NCBI RefSeq assembly: GCF_022539665.2
Contig: NC_081332.1
Coordinates: 7,378,001 to 7,442,000 of the forward strand
Direction of reading: 5' to 3'
DNA length: 64,000 nucleotides
Origin: Daphnia carinata
Lineage: Eukaryota
Shown here: positions 1 to 14,160 of the stretch, one piece after another
Layout of the letters: each line of letters begins with the position of its first letter
How positions within the stretch are numbered: the first letter of the stretch is position 1
Program-made: the position numbers and the translations under genes
Notes under the pieces: model-generated
The model's database searches: none
Told to the model about the DNA's origin: nothing
Seen by the model: the letters and a program-made list of their open reading frames with translations, nothing else

Positions 1-3000
1 CCACCGAAAAGAGGAAAGAGGTTAATTTGAATATTTAATTTTTAAATTTAGTATTTCTTTAGCTTTCTATTTGATACAGCTGCAAATCGCTCGAACTGAA
101 TGCGCCGAAGTTGAAAAACAATCGCAAGAAATAGTTAGCCGCCAAAGAGAAGTATAATTTTTGGAAAGTCCGAATTTTTTCTAGCTTTCCTTTTCATTTG
201 TTTTCCTTACGAACTTACAGTTTCAGTGTGAACTTCGTCAACTGGTCGTTGATAAACAACGACTCACAAACGATAAGCAAGCGCTAATCAAGGAAATAGA
301 CAAATTAAAAAAAGCGTAAGGGTTCCCGATAAAGCATAATTTTCGTGTTACGTCCGAATTTTTTAAAATTTGCATTCCTGTTGCAGACACGGAGACGGCG
401 AATATGCCCAAAAAAAAGAAAGACGAGAGAATGAGTTGCTGAAATTAAAAGAAAGGGAAGAAACGTTGAATTCTTCACGGAAAGTTTCTGAACATTTGGT
501 CGAACAACTCAAAGGTGCCTTGGTCCAACTGAAACATGAGGCATCGGCTTCCCGGAACGAACTGTCACGCATTCAAAAAAGTTTGGGTAAATATTATATA
601 AAATTTTAGGAGAAGTTTTTTATTTTTTTTTTTTTTTTTTTTGCTCCTAAACCACGATTGAACTAAAGACACGAACATTAAAACGCTGGCGGAGCTAAAA
701 AAATCGGATTCAAATGCATATGCTGTGTTCGGCGAATGGATCCCTAAATTGCTCCAAAAAATTGAGAGAACATCGTTCAGAGGAACTAAGCCTAGAGGTC
801 CAATCGGTATTCGTTTTGATTACTACATTATTATTCTCATTAACTGTTAAGGTTATAAAGTCATTCCGTTTTACATATATAAGGTGCTTACATAAAACTT
901 CGAGATAAATCATGGGCGCCGGTGGTCGAGACGTTTTTGGGACAAAGACTTTCATGCTTTATCTGCTCTAATGATGAAGATGCAAAACTACTCAACAGAT
1001 TGATTGACGAAGAGATTCCGCGAAATAGACCAAAGCCAAACATTATAACTTCTTCCATTAGTGGTCGGGTATGCAACTTATTGTTTATTTATTTTGTTTA
1101 ATTTGTTGCTTCTGTCAGTTCTTGCTTTTACTACAATACCTATATCTTTAATTAAATTTTTTTTTGTTGAACACCATAAAGCTACATGATGTTAGCAATT
1201 ACAAAGTTCGATGCAGTCCTGAACTACGAAGGAAAGATATCCATTGCTTAATGGACATGTTAATTATTGATGATCCTGACATTGCCAACATCCTAATCGA
1301 CTTGAATGGTATTGAGCAAGTTCTTCTCATTTGTGAAGATCGAGATGCGCGTCATTTGTTGGCCGATGTCAAACGAGTACCCGAGAATTGTAAAAACGCC
1401 ATTACAAAAGAAGGCAATACTTATTATCCTGACCCGAACTATCGTTCTTATTGTGGTAAGGTAAAAAATTCTGCGCAATTATTACAAGCTTCAGTGGAAG
1501 ACGCCATTCGGTAAGACATTCTAAGTTAATTTTATTGTTGTTGCTTGTGTTAATTTTTTTTTTTCCAATTAAAAAGAAACGCTGATGAAGAAATTGGCAA
1601 TTTACATCGCGAACAAGATAGAATTCGTCAAAACTTAAATAACTTAAGTATGCAAATTCAGAATAACGAAGGGCAATTAAAACAGGAAGAGACTAAACTC
1701 GCCTCAACACGAAGAGAAATAACATTAATTCGTGATAAATCACGGGTACTGGAGAACGACAACGACGTCGCTGAGCCGACTGATATCCTTGCTCTGGTAC
1801 GGCTTCCTTTGTGCTTGTAGAATATATCAAGTTATATTGTCTGTTATATAAAAGCCCCATTTAACGAATAGGAAGAAGATTTACTCGATGTTCAAGCAAA
1901 GTTAGACAGAATTGATGGTGATTTGGAAAATAAGACTGCGACTCTCGAGGAACTGAAACGTGAATTGCATAAAGTTCGCCAGACTATTACACAGCACCAG
2001 ACTATCATTTCCTCGCTGATGACCGGGTGTGGACCGTTGCAGGTTTTCGCCATTATTAATCAGTTTGATTTTCATGAAGCAGAGAAATTTGCATATTAAA
2101 CTAGGATGCATTTAGAGACAACGAAATTCAACAAAGAAACATCAAGGAAAAAGTCGAAATGCTTGCGGCCTCATTAAATAGCATGCAGTCCAAGTTTAAT
2201 AATTTTGAATCGAATTACGAAGCCGCTAAGTCAAAAGCGGAATTTGAAGCAGAAAACGCAACACAGGTTTGCGCCCGTGTTCCAGTTACGAAGTTAGAGA
2301 AATATTGTTATCCCATATTTATGAAATTTATTGGTAGAATAAATTTTTTTTTTAGGTCGTTAAAGAACCTTAATTCTGAATTGCGGCAATTGAAAGAACA
2401 AATAGTAGCTCAAGAAAAGGAATATGGATCTCCAGAATACGTTTTGAATGAGTATCGACGACGCAAAGCAGACTACGAACGGGCTCTCTCAGAGATCACA
2501 TGTTCTCAGGGTTCATTGAAAGTATGTTAATAGCGGCCGATTAAAACCTTTATACAAATGCGTTTGATGTTTATAGAAAATGAAACAAATGAGCAAACAA
2601 CGCAAGGAGTTCATCTCCAGATTCCGGAACAGCATCGAATCTAGGACACACCATGTCTTTCAATCTCTTTTGAAAACTCGCAATTTTGAAGTAAGTTTCA
2701 GTCCGTAACTCAGTTTAGCATACAAAAATTAATGCAAGGTATTTATTTAATAAAATCTTTTCTTTTATTTTTCTGCCTTTAGGGAGAAATCCGTTTTGAT
2801 TCCATTGAGAAGACGTTAACGTTAATTGTTACTCCACCTGGCCGTGAGGAGTCATTGCAACCTACCTCAAAACGCGGTCGTGGTAACGAGACCACTGATA
2901 TTCGTTCCTTAAGCGGGGGGGAGCGATCTTTCGCCACTGTTTGTTTCATTTTATCGTTGTGGGATGCCATTGAAAGCCCATTCAGAATCCTCGATGAGTT

Positions 3001-3359
3001 TGACGTTTTCATGGTAAATAGCTGTTTTGCATTAGATTCGCCGCCGTAATTTTAAATTTGCCTAAGGAAGTAATGAATTCTTTTCTGCTTCTTTTTTTCC
3101 GATTTCTTTCTGTAGGATCATGTGAACCGGTCTATTAGTATGGATTTGTTGATAACCGAAGCCAGAGAAAATTCGGGTCGCCAATTCATTTTTCTTACAC
3201 CACTTGGTTTAGAGAAGCAACAGCTCACCAACATGGATGGCCTATCTATTTTCAAGTTTGTTATTATTTATTTTTAACCAAACGTTTATTTCAAATATTG
3301 CTTATTGCATCATTAATAGGATGGCGGATCCGAATCGTCGCGACGAAGAGGCAATTTAA
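1..3359 (+). CDS. SMC6: Structural maintenance of chromosomes protein 6, 3' part (multi-exon; 5' end lies outside the window)
   Basis: Coiled-coil and hinge exons are separated by short GT-AG introns. The C-terminal ABC signature and Walker B read [36 protein letters not shown] (~2910-3013), followed by RQFIFLTP. The last exon [12 protein letters not shown] ends with TAA at 3357-3359. Confidence 0.93.
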
Positions 3360-4121
3360 TTTTCAAGCGTTGCTCTCTTTTTTTTTCATTTTTTTTGGTT
3401 ATCTGGATACCTTTTCATGTAAAGCAAACAGTTACTGTGTTACGCGGACCGCATCCTTTTTATGCTAATTAATTGAAATTCTTGTTTTGCTTATCTTGTG
3501 TTTTAACCCCGAATTTTTGCAAAATATGCCGAAGTTAAGTATAACATTTCTACAGTAGATGTCACGAACCGCCATGGGCGATTCTCTCTAAGGACCAACG
3601 AAAACCCCAAAAAATTGAGGTCAAACATCACTAAATATGTATCGCCCGAAGTATACGGGCATTACTGTAGGGTTATAAATAAATTACTCTTCCGGTTTTT
3701 GTTCAATTCTTGTTCAGTTATTTAGTATCTAATGTTAAGAAGGGCATCAACAGCCCTTGATATTTAAAAAGTCAGTTGGATCTTTCTTAGCTTTCTGCGA
3801 AACGTATATTGTGATCACTGACATTCTAAACCAGCATATCATGGAGAACTACACTACTTCCAAACAAGTTAAGATGCATTTGCATCATCAAAGGGTTACT
3901 CATTAGCTACTGGTATAGCGTACTACCCGATGTTTTGACTCGCATGTCGATTGAATTCTCTGGAGAAATGTCAGTATGTGGCAGGTCGGCGATTACAACA
4001 GACGTCGATCTAGTCGCCTGAAACAATCGGTAGGCGCTGCTCGTGAACTAGTGGTATTGGCGAAACCGACCTAAACCTATTTACCTTGTAAATCTGCAGT
4101 TTCGGTTTTCACTTTCTTCGA

Positions 4122-7100
4122 ATGAGTCTTGAACGACCGCACAGTCGAGGTAGTGTTCGGCATTTTGTTCCTCAAATGTAAAGCTTTTAAATATTTTTTA
4201 CACCCAGTGTTTTGTAGGTATATTTTAGCTGTTTGTTTTTCTGTGTGGCGTTACACTAAGATTCAGAAACGCAAATTTTTTCAAAATATTATCTTGGGTG
4301 ACATTCACGATACATCATGATTGGGCGTCGTACTCGACTCCGTATCACATTTAAAAGCCAAATATTTGTTGGCGCGCAAATAAAAAAAACAAACTAAAAC
4401 ATTTAAATTTAATTATAACTAGTTGCAGCGTACATTATCCAGACTGGCTTGGATCAATCTTTTGGATAGCAGGCAACAAGTAAGAAGAGTAACTTAGCTT
4501 TAAGGGAGCTCAGCTGATGTTGCCAACTTTATTTTCGGACCGGCCCCCCACCTCCACCTTCCCAAGATGTTATTGGCTATGGCTGGTGAGCAACGTCTCA
4601 CGAGTTTTTGGCAAAGAAGTCGAATGTAGATTCCACCGCGTTAAAAGGCAGCAGAGTTAAAGAAAAAAAAACTCGTGTTTACGGGTATCGAATCTATATT
4701 TAGTTGTATGATTAGATTGGGATGAGATCAATGTAACAAATTTGGCTCAGCTTAAGCAGTCAGTGCAAACACTTGAACGCAAAATTTATTAGAAAAATTA
4801 TATATATGTATATATCTAGAAATACGTGTACTTATATTGAATTGTTTCAAGCGTGCAATTTCAACTCTGTTTCTTTGCGATGAAAGGAAAGGGGAAGGAG
4901 TAAAAAGGTGTCCACCTTGAGCCACAGATTTTCACCAGAAATAGACGAGCCGGGGCAAAGCTTAGGCGATCTTGGAATTAGTCAGTCCGTTTCTCACATC
5001 CTGTGCATTGTCATTCTGTGTCTGAACTGCAGTCAGGCCGAGAGGCCAGGCAACGTTCGCCGAATACTAAACGGGAATGTATTAACATTTATTTTACAAA
5101 TTCTACGATCGAACAAGTGATGACGTTATGTTTTTTTTTCAACAAATAATACTTAGTGAACGGTGGTTTTGATTTCTTCAATTATTTTCTTTTTCCTTCT
5201 TCGGTTTGATTGTTCGCTGCAGCATCATCTGGAACTAGGGGTCCACCACCTACGCCTCCACCGACCTACCTGTGGGAGGAAGTGCGACGGAGCAAATGTC
5301 GAGGAGGCTACCCTTGGACTATCCTGTATAAGCCTCCTCTTCCAGACTCTCTTGACATAGAATCACTTTTAAAAGGGTGAGTGTTTTCAAAGGGCAACCA
5401 ATGGTTGCGAATCCCACAGTAAAGTTAATATAATAGGCTGTCTTCTTATATAGAGAGGTGCCGAGTGACAGATTGGTGGATGAACAGTTCAAAGGCGATT
5501 CAGCATACGGCACTAGCAGAAGGACACATATCCGTAATCGACTAAGAGACCGAGAGCGGAATAGGAGAGCAAGAAGCGAGCCGACCCCTAGCTTACCGAG
5601 CAGCAATTCCGTTTCCTTGATAGACACCATGGATCAAGCCATGGCTGTTGATTCCTCAGAGCAACGAGAGGAGCTGGAAGACTTTCCACTACCCGATGAA
5701 GACATACCAGATTTTGTAATGGCTTACTTGCAATCTGATAAAGGAAACTTGGACGAAGATATTCCTGATCACATTCTGGAATACATCCAGAGCCGTGCGG
5801 CTATTTTGGAAAGAAATCAACTCCAGCCGAAACCAACCGATGACATTTTTTACACGCAAGATGAATTGCGGATAATTGACGAAGCACGGAAAAGACTTGA
5901 AGAACAAGGAGAGTTGGAAGTTGACCCTTCGGCAACAATTGACGACGACATGAATGCCTTTGACCACTTTTTCCAACGTACTACCGCGGCACAGGAAGCA
6001 TTACCACCTTCTCAAGAAGGATCAAATGGAATGGAATATAACGAAACGAGAGCACCCAGTTCAGCGGTGCCCGAATCAGAGAACAAGAAAACCAAGAAGG
6101 GGGGAAAATTCAACTTCTCAAATATAGGTATGCCGAATAAACCTAATATAAACATAAAGTTGCCTAAGTTTGGACCCGGCAGGAAGAAAGTCAAGGGAAC
6201 TAGCGATGCAGACATAGAAAATCAGGAACCTGAAGCGACAGCGGCAGAACCAAATAAAAAAAGCAAGCCTCGACGACCACATAGTTCCAGCCCAATGAGG
6301 CAAAAGATTAACCAACAATTGGAAAGCTGGAACAATAGTCTAAAAAAATTCAAAGCATCAAGAAGTGGTCGTGGCAACGCCGATGGTCAAATCAAAAGTT
6401 TTGTTGCTCTCTTACCGGGACGCTCGTCAAAACCAAATAAATCAAAACAGCCGGAGAATCAATACGAGGAAGTCGGACTACCACGCTCGGATCCTCCTGC
6501 ACCGAAAACCAGTGACGGTGACAATCCTGTCCCACCTACTGCACCTGTTATTTCCGGTTTGAAGGCCGCTGTTGATAGTGCTGAAGAAGCAGCAAGGCTT
6601 TCGCCTAGTCAAGAGAATAACGAAGCCGAAGAAACTATGGATGACATTGAAAACCTACCCGAATCGGAGGAAGCCGATTTGGCGAGGGATGGCATCATCG
6701 TGGACAGGGAGGTAGCTGACGTCATCGTGACCCGTGGAGAATTCGTTGATATAGACATCGACGAGGATTTTGAAGACGACGACGAAGGCGTGGATGGTCA
6801 AACCGAAATTGTGCAAGTCGCGCAAGATGATCAAAATGTATTGGCAGAGCCCACAGGCTTTGCAGCACGCAGCAGAAAAGCTTTCGAACTGACAAAGTCA
6901 AAGATTCAAACAAGCCTGTCTAAAGAGCAACTCCAGGCTACTCGGAATAAACTGCAATCTACTCTTTCAAAGCAGAACCTCCAAGCGACTCGCCAAAAAG
7001 TGCAATCAAGTTTATCAAAGCGCAACCTGCAAGCCACTCGCGAAAAACTGCAATCTACTCTTTCAAAGGAGAACTTCCAAGCGACTCGCAACAAACTTCA

Positions 7101-10100
7101 AACCTCACTCAATAGCACACTAAAGAGGAAAAAGAACAAGACCGTGGATTCAACAGCTCAACCGATCCCTCAAGAAAATATTTTCCCCACCTTTCCCCAG
7201 GAAGCAGAAAGAGAGTACGAAACTTCAACACCTGTTGAAAGGAAAACAAAGTATACGGTACGACGGAAAAGTATGCCTGACGAAGAACTCGTTCAAGACG
7301 ATAATCCCCCGATTGTTAAACAGAGAACTAAGAAAGCTACGCAGCCAGTTGAAAAGTCTTTTGTTCAGTCTAATCAAGCTAACGAGTGTGAAAACATTGA
7401 AGAAGAGACAGAAGAAGATCTGGAAGAAGAGTTGGAGCCGAAACTGGAGTTCTCGTTACATGGCTCAGATAGACCACAACCATCTTCCGTAAGCCAGTCG
7501 ACAGAAACGCTTCCTGAGGGTGAGTCGCTGATCAGTATCTGTTCTGAATTTCCTAAGTTTATGTGTTTTAACCATCGTTTTTACTCATGGCAGATGATGC
7601 GGAATCGGACAAGGAAAACGTCGTGGTTCGTCCAAAACGGCAACGCTATCGCAATCGACGTCATGGATTTCACGAAGAATTTGGGCGCCCCAAAAGTGCT
7701 CATGTCGAATTTAATACTAGGTCTTCCTGGGTAGAAAAAACGAATGCCTACCCTACCATTAGCCAAGAGATGCTATCCGCTTTTTGCGCTCCTGTCAACT
7801 CGTTGGAAGCGGTCGATAGTAGCTGGGGCTCCGGTCGCAAGCCGGACAGGCCTGCTCGATCACGGTCTAGGAAGGATGGTGACGTGGCATCAGATGAACA
7901 TATGTACTCGAATCTGCCTCCTCGGCGTAGTAAACGCGGTAAAAAAAAAAATTGCCTCGAGCCTTCCAACGAGGACGATTATGTGAAAACGTGGCCACGC
8001 AAGGCGTTGTCAACTGACCGCCCTGTCGTTCCGAAACGTGGCAAATCAAAAGTAACCAAAAAGCCACTTTTCCCGGTGTGCAGCAACTACCAGACGTGGC
8101 CAAGGCGCATGATGGTTCATAGTCCTCCCACGGCTCCTAAACGTACTCGTTCCAGGAAGCAAATAAACTGTGAAGACGTTTCTCGTATTCGAGATTTAGA
8201 AGAACAAATCGAACAGCCTACCCATCACATCCTTACTGACGCTGACACACTCTTTGGAGCCGAATCGCGTTTCATCGACGAAGAAGGGACAGAAACGGAA
8301 CGATCGGAAGCTGTCAACGAGCAGCAACCCTTACCCTCCGATGATAGCAAATTAAACTATGAAATCCCAAGTGAATCGCAATTAAATATTCCGCAAGTGA
8401 AAATTCTTAGCAGCAACAAGAGCCCCAAACCATCGGCTCCAAACAGGCGCAAAAATAATCAAACTGGCTCGTTGCGCAAAGCCAAACACGCCGGCGTAGC
8501 CAGTAACTACGGAGAAACTACATGGCCGAGAATGTCACGAACATCACAGCCATCAGCTCCACGACGCAGGAAGGAAAGTGTCAAGAAATCAGGCAAAGCG
8601 GAAACAACGCTTCATTTAGATCTCGAAGAAACATCGAAAAAATTACCCGCCGTTCCAGCGTCAACGCCGTCAGAAGATCACGAAACCAATGAACGCGGAG
8701 ACGTGGAGAGCGCTTCATCTGTTCAAGCAGATCTAGATCAAATATTGGAAATCTTAGCGACCACTTTCCCTCAGGAAGCAAGTCCAAAGGAAGACAATAA
8801 TGACAATGTTCAAGCGGATAAGCAAATTACAGAAGAGACGACCAATTCCGTCCATCTTAACGACTCAGATGACCTGCTTGATGAGAATCAGTATGCGGAA
8901 ATTAAACAGTTCCAAAAGAGGACTCCCCCGCCACGACCCCCTCCACCCATATACGCGCCCACTAGCGCTTCCTCGTACTCTTACATTTACACGGTTCCAC
9001 GTCGAAAGAAAGCCATTAGTACCAGTGTTTCCCCGGAAAGACCACCTCGGACATACTGCACTATTAGGCCCCATCGACCTCCAAGAAAACAAAGACCACG
9101 CACTCCAAACGAGCTCGCTTTCCAATCGGCAGATCACTCTGAACCGAACCTCGCTAGGAGACACTCATTTTCTGGAGTGGACGAAACTAAAGACGAAAGG
9201 AATCTGCAGTCGGCTCCGGTCGTCGAACGGATGCGAGCGCGACCCTTGCCAGCCCCACCAAGAATAAAGCGACACCGAAGTCGCAGTCCTCCAAACAAGC
9301 CACCTCGAAGTCGTACGTCGTCTTTGAAACGCCATACTCCACACCAAACAACCACTGCTTGCGCTACAAACGAGGAGTCTGCGCCTCTAGAAAGAGCAAC
9401 CGTCCAGCCAGTTAGCAACGCTGATGAATATGAGCCGATCGAAAATCCCGATCAAGTAGAGGAAATATCAATTGGCATCCAAACCGATCCACTACCCGAG
9501 TATGAAGAATCCGTCGTTATGGCTGAACCAAACGGAGTCCAGCCTGATGCGACGCTCTCATTCTCTGAAATAAACAATAACTTGTATGACCGTCAAGAAG
9601 TAGAGGTATCAGCTAATGAAAGGCTCGTCGATAGACAAGATGTAAATGCCACATCATCCACTGGCATACAGCCGACACCAAATGAGCATGACGAAGCATC
9701 ATGTCCGCAGATCATCTGGTCTGCCGCCACCTCGCCTGATCCCGATCCGGTTACGGTTCCCGTCTGCGAACCTGTCTTACCTGAAGAATCCATTCCTGAA
9801 TCAAAGACGGACTCCCAACAACAAGAAGAACGGGTTCCTCAGAATATAGACTCTATGCCGAGACTCGACTCCAGCACAAACAGGAAAACTTCAGTTCATG
9901 AGCGAGAAGATGAGAGGGATTGTTTCTCACAAGTTCCCCCATATTTTCATCGTTCACTTGCTCCATTGCCACCCGTACACATCGATTTCCCCAGACGACT
10001 GCAATTGGCAGACCTCGATGTCGAACGCTTGAACGTACGGGAAGTCATGGCAGACCGCCTTGTCGTTTCCTCTCTTGACACAAATTCGTTACAGGTGATC

Positions 10101-10933
10101 TTTAGCAGCATGTGGCACGCGACTAAAGCCTTTCAACGTGCAAATTTTACTTATGCTTAACGTAATTTTTAGGTGTGTCAGATGACAACATCGAACGCTA
10201 CAGGTCAGCTTATGTTCAATATTGGACCTGGGGTAACAATTCCTTTTCTGGGAAACCCGAGAGAGGTAGAGACCGTTACAACAGACAGGCAGTTGTCGCA
10301 ACCTCCAACATCGGTGATTCTTCCCGCTGAAGTCCCGTCGACTCGAGAGACCCAAGAAATTGTAGTACAAGAAGAAAAGGAGGCACCCATCCGACCAGTA
10401 CCCGGAGAACTGGAAGCACGGCCTTCAGCAGATATTATTTTACCTGAACAGCCTATTGCGGAAACCGCTGCACCTCCCTCAAGTAACCCGAGAATTGCAG
10501 CGGCTCCTTCGATACCGGAGGTGGACACTGCTAGCCGTACGCTCAGCCAGACGGAAAACATGGCAGATGCTTCGTTCAGTAACTTGGCCTTGCAACTTGT
10601 TAATGTATCGGCCAGAAACTTAGCAAGTGGTGTATGCATTGCTGCGACTGAAACCTACACAATGGCGCAAAGAGTAGCTGAGGTAAATAATTAGCATTTT
10701 GGAATTTGGTTTTACCTACAATTTGGATGACACCTGATTTGATGGCATTATAGATAGGACTGCAGCAGCTCAATGAGCAATTACATCGTCGAGGGATTCA
10801 TTTCGATGACAAAGAAAAGGATGATTTGAAAGCCGTGTTACTCATGTTGCTGATTGTTGTGTGCGCTATTTTCCTGCTCGGCATGGGAAAACAAAGGATA
10901 AGCACTCACTGGGACTTTTACTTCCCAAATTAA
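4122..10933 (+). CDS. Uncharacterised ~1812-aa low-complexity/disordered protein with one C-terminal transmembrane helix (tail-anchored)
   Basis: Phase-consistent exon chain: 4122-4149, 5223-5376, 5454-7519, 7594-10094, 10173-10682, 10754-10933 (5439 nt, all GT-AG). N-terminal motif PTYLWEEVRRSKCRGGYPW. C-terminus is LKAVLLMLLIVVCAIFLLGMGKQRISTHWDFYFPN*. Exon 1 is the least certain. Confidence 0.8.
6901..7110 (+). repeat. Coding tandem repeat, ~4 x 48 nt (16 aa, consensus KLQSTLSKENLQATRN)
   Basis: Translation reads KIQTSLSKEQLQATRN KLQSTLSKQNLQATRQ KVQSSLSKRNLQATRE KLQSTLSKENFQATRN KLQTSL. Confidence 0.9.
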
Positions 10934-11214
10934 ATCCTTTCATATGCTTTCGCTTCTCTGGTAATCGCAACTCGTGCCTTACCGAACATGCGGGCAATTC
11001 AGTAAATTTCGGGAAACCACGAAAACTGGCCTTTGCAATATATTAAATCTACCTTATCCGCAACATTAGATTTGAAATACTGTGTGAATCTGAGTGTTGG
11101 TTTTCATTCTAGCAAGTGTGTATCAATAATAAGCTTATGAATACAAACGTTAAAAGGCCAAGCGGTAACTGGACAGTGATCGTACATAAATCCTACTCCT
11201 ATTTTGGGCCAGCT

Positions 11215-13600
11215 TTACAAATTACTGGGAGAAATTTCCGTAAAATCCGAGACTTCCACATAATCAGCTTCGTATCCAATTTCCTGAGGCAAATGAAACA
11301 TTTCAGCAGGCAGTGGCGTACAGTGGGTACTGTCGTAATCTAACATGTATCGGCTGCCCTATATGTGACAAAAAACAAAAAGGAAAATTAGGGAACAGGA
11401 ATGTTTGTTTGTTTACTCATTAATGCTAACCAAAAATAAAGCCATTTGCGTTTTCTTTTTTTCATTCCAGCTCTGACCGACGCGCATCGGGAAAGAATTT
11501 TGTTTTCAATAGCATATTGCTTTAACTGTTTCATGCATGGATCATGGAGGACTTCCAGGTTTTTAATCATTTGTTCACGTTCTGCCGTGTCAGCGTTCAG
11601 AAATGCTCGTAAAGTAGGAATTGTAGTGTGATCGACAATATGCGGGAAGCGGAATTTTAGGAGTTTAATCAGGAGATCATTACCCCTATTTGACGACAAA
11701 GTACCAGGCCTAAATTTGGAAGATAAAAAATATGATACCTTACTATATTTATCTAATCTAAGCTTACTCCAGGGCAATGACTTCATCTCGTGTTCGACGG
11801 AAGAGTACGATTGGACCACTGTATTTAATAAGTTGATCCGCGACGTTAAGATTTAGGTTGTGTTTTACAGTTGTCGTCACAATTGATTTCCAAGAAGACG
11901 GCATAACATTTGCTGCCAACGGAAGAACATGATCGAAAGTGGCATCCAACATTACGCCTCTTATGTTTGGATAATTCATAGCAGCCCATGACGCTAATCA
12001 GTTTCGATTAGTGTAGAACAATAATAATACTAATATTTCAATAACGACAATCAAACTTATGGGCATTAAACTAGTACAAACCAGTGAAGCCACCAATACT
12101 CCAACCGTAAATAATTATATGTTCGGCCGGGAAATTGAGCTTGTTTAACGCAAACTGAACAACTATGTCAATTGCGTTTTGGTCCTGTCGCGGGAAAGGA
12201 GTCCCCTTAAAAGAATTGGGAAATAAGAAATACTAGTGACTATTCCCATTGATTTTTAGAATATGTGCACGACATACCGAACTGCCCCCAAATCCGGGGT
12301 GATTCCATCCAAGAACAGAGTATCCAGCTTCCAATGGAGTTCCAATCATTCCTACTTCATAAAAACCGGCGTTTCCCTCACAACAAATAACCAATAAATG
12401 TCCATTTGAGTATTGTGGCCTTCAATCGAGAACCTTAATTTAGCATCTTGAAAATGAAATACACGTTTTCTTGGAACATACTTGGCCCTCCTATCAACAG
12501 CGATACAATCAATGGCATTTTTATCGCGGCTCATCAACTTATACCTTTCTCCTTGAAGCTCTTCGATTAAACGAGATCTACCCTCAACCAAGTGAGTATC
12601 TAGAAGCAAACAGATAAAATAAAATTTACCTACAATACAAGTTTTAAAAAAGTCTACTGTACCAATGAAATGTTGGATTATAGTTCCTGGATAGAGGAGT
12701 CGAATACCAATAGTATGAGCAAACAGGTATCCAAGGATTCTGCAAGGTAGTACCCTGGCAACTTCAGTAATTGATCTATTGTTGCTGTCTTCATCAACAA
12801 ATATTCTTGGTTTATCAGAATCTTTCTGTATTTCTTTTGCATCATAATCCACTGGCCATGCTGAAAACTCAAAATCGTAGTGTGATAAGGGTTTCTGGAT
12901 GAAACAAATTGTTAAATGTAAAATTAAATTCTAGTGATAACTTATGTACAACCTTTGTAAGTGAATTATAATTAACTCTTGCCACTTCCAGGTGGTTAAT
13001 AAATTTGATATAATGTGGATTAGAGAATCTTCCAAGTGCTCTGGCTACCAGTGAGCTAGCACATAAAAACGAACAGATGGCTGAGAATCGCATTAAAGAT
13101 TGCCATCCATCATAGCCAAGGTAGTTTTTTTTATGTAAAACCCAAATTACAAATGGAGATGTATAAAATCCAAGTTGAAGGGACCAGTTAATCTAGAAAA
13201 AAATATGTTTAATATCACTAACTTGCAATCTAAAACTATACTGATCGGCCCTAAAATGGAAAAAACATTTCTGCAATTTGCAAAATTTATCCTTAAAACA
13301 AATTTCTTATGCCAATGCAAACAAAGAATGGTTACCCCCATCAAACTCTAAGACCTATGTTTTAAAAAGCACTTTCCATACATTGTTATACATACCAATT
13401 TTAAGAATCCATCTCCAAACTTTTCGGCTCCCGATGGTAAGTAATTGATGGCCTAATACCAATAATATCAAGATTAGTTACAACCAGATAACTACTTTCA
13501 AAAATATAGAAAACCGTAGAAATACATTTCTTTCTGACGAAGCATAAATTTTTATTAAGCGCGGACCCAGCAGGCATTTAATAAAAGAAACTGCAGCCAT
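11215..13600 (-). CDS. ABHD16A: Phosphatidylserine lipase ABHD16A (BAT5) homolog, multi-exon
   Basis: Starts MAAVSFIKCLLGPRL. Motifs: CEGNAGFYE, GYSVLGWNHPGF, YGWS nucleophile-elbow region, LDATFDHVLPLA, SNRGNDLL, and C-terminal DSTHCTPLP. Stop TAA is at 11215-11217. Confidence 0.9.
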
Positions 13601-13867
13601 TATTTTCGGCTTTAGGGTGGCTGACTGAATGACTTGCTGTCAACAGTCAGCTGTTTACTTAAAGGTAAAATCTACTCCACCTCACGCGTGACAACACAAA
13701 CTTCGACTATTAACGGATGGTGTTCCGATCTCGTTGTCTGTCTAGACCCGGTCATCTAGCGGCGAAAGTCGGACCTATGTTCAATGTTCTTTCACTAGAA
13801 GGCTCTAGTGATCGGACATAGATCCGTTCTTCAAAAATTCGAAATCATTATCTGTAGTATTAGTTCA

Positions 13868-14159
13868 GGGCGCATTTTGGCGTCTACTTTTAGTTCAACT
13901 TTTTTAGTGAACTTGTATTTTTGCGTCAACTGCCCGGTAGATGGTTCAACTAGGCGACCGTTTTGGCGACAACGCCAGTGGGTGGTTCAACTGAAACAGT
14001 TGAGCTTTTTCAACGGTGGTCCAGACCACCGTTGAGCCTTAGTTGAACTGCGACTCCTCCCCTTGCTCAACTTTTTCTCAACTCTTCCGTTTTGGCGTCA
14101 ACCTTGACGAAAAGTTGAACTAAAAAGGTTCAACAAAAGGTTGACGCCAAAATGCGCCC
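13868..14159. mobile_element. MITE, PIF/Harbinger (Tourist)-like, 292 bp
   Basis: Imperfect TIR of ~45 bp: GGGCGCATTTTGGCGTC... at the left and ...GACGCCAAAATGCGCCC at the right. 3-bp TSD TCA at 13865-67 and 14160-62. Internal GTTCAAC/GTTGAAC repeats. Confidence 0.88.
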
Positions 14160-14160
14160 T

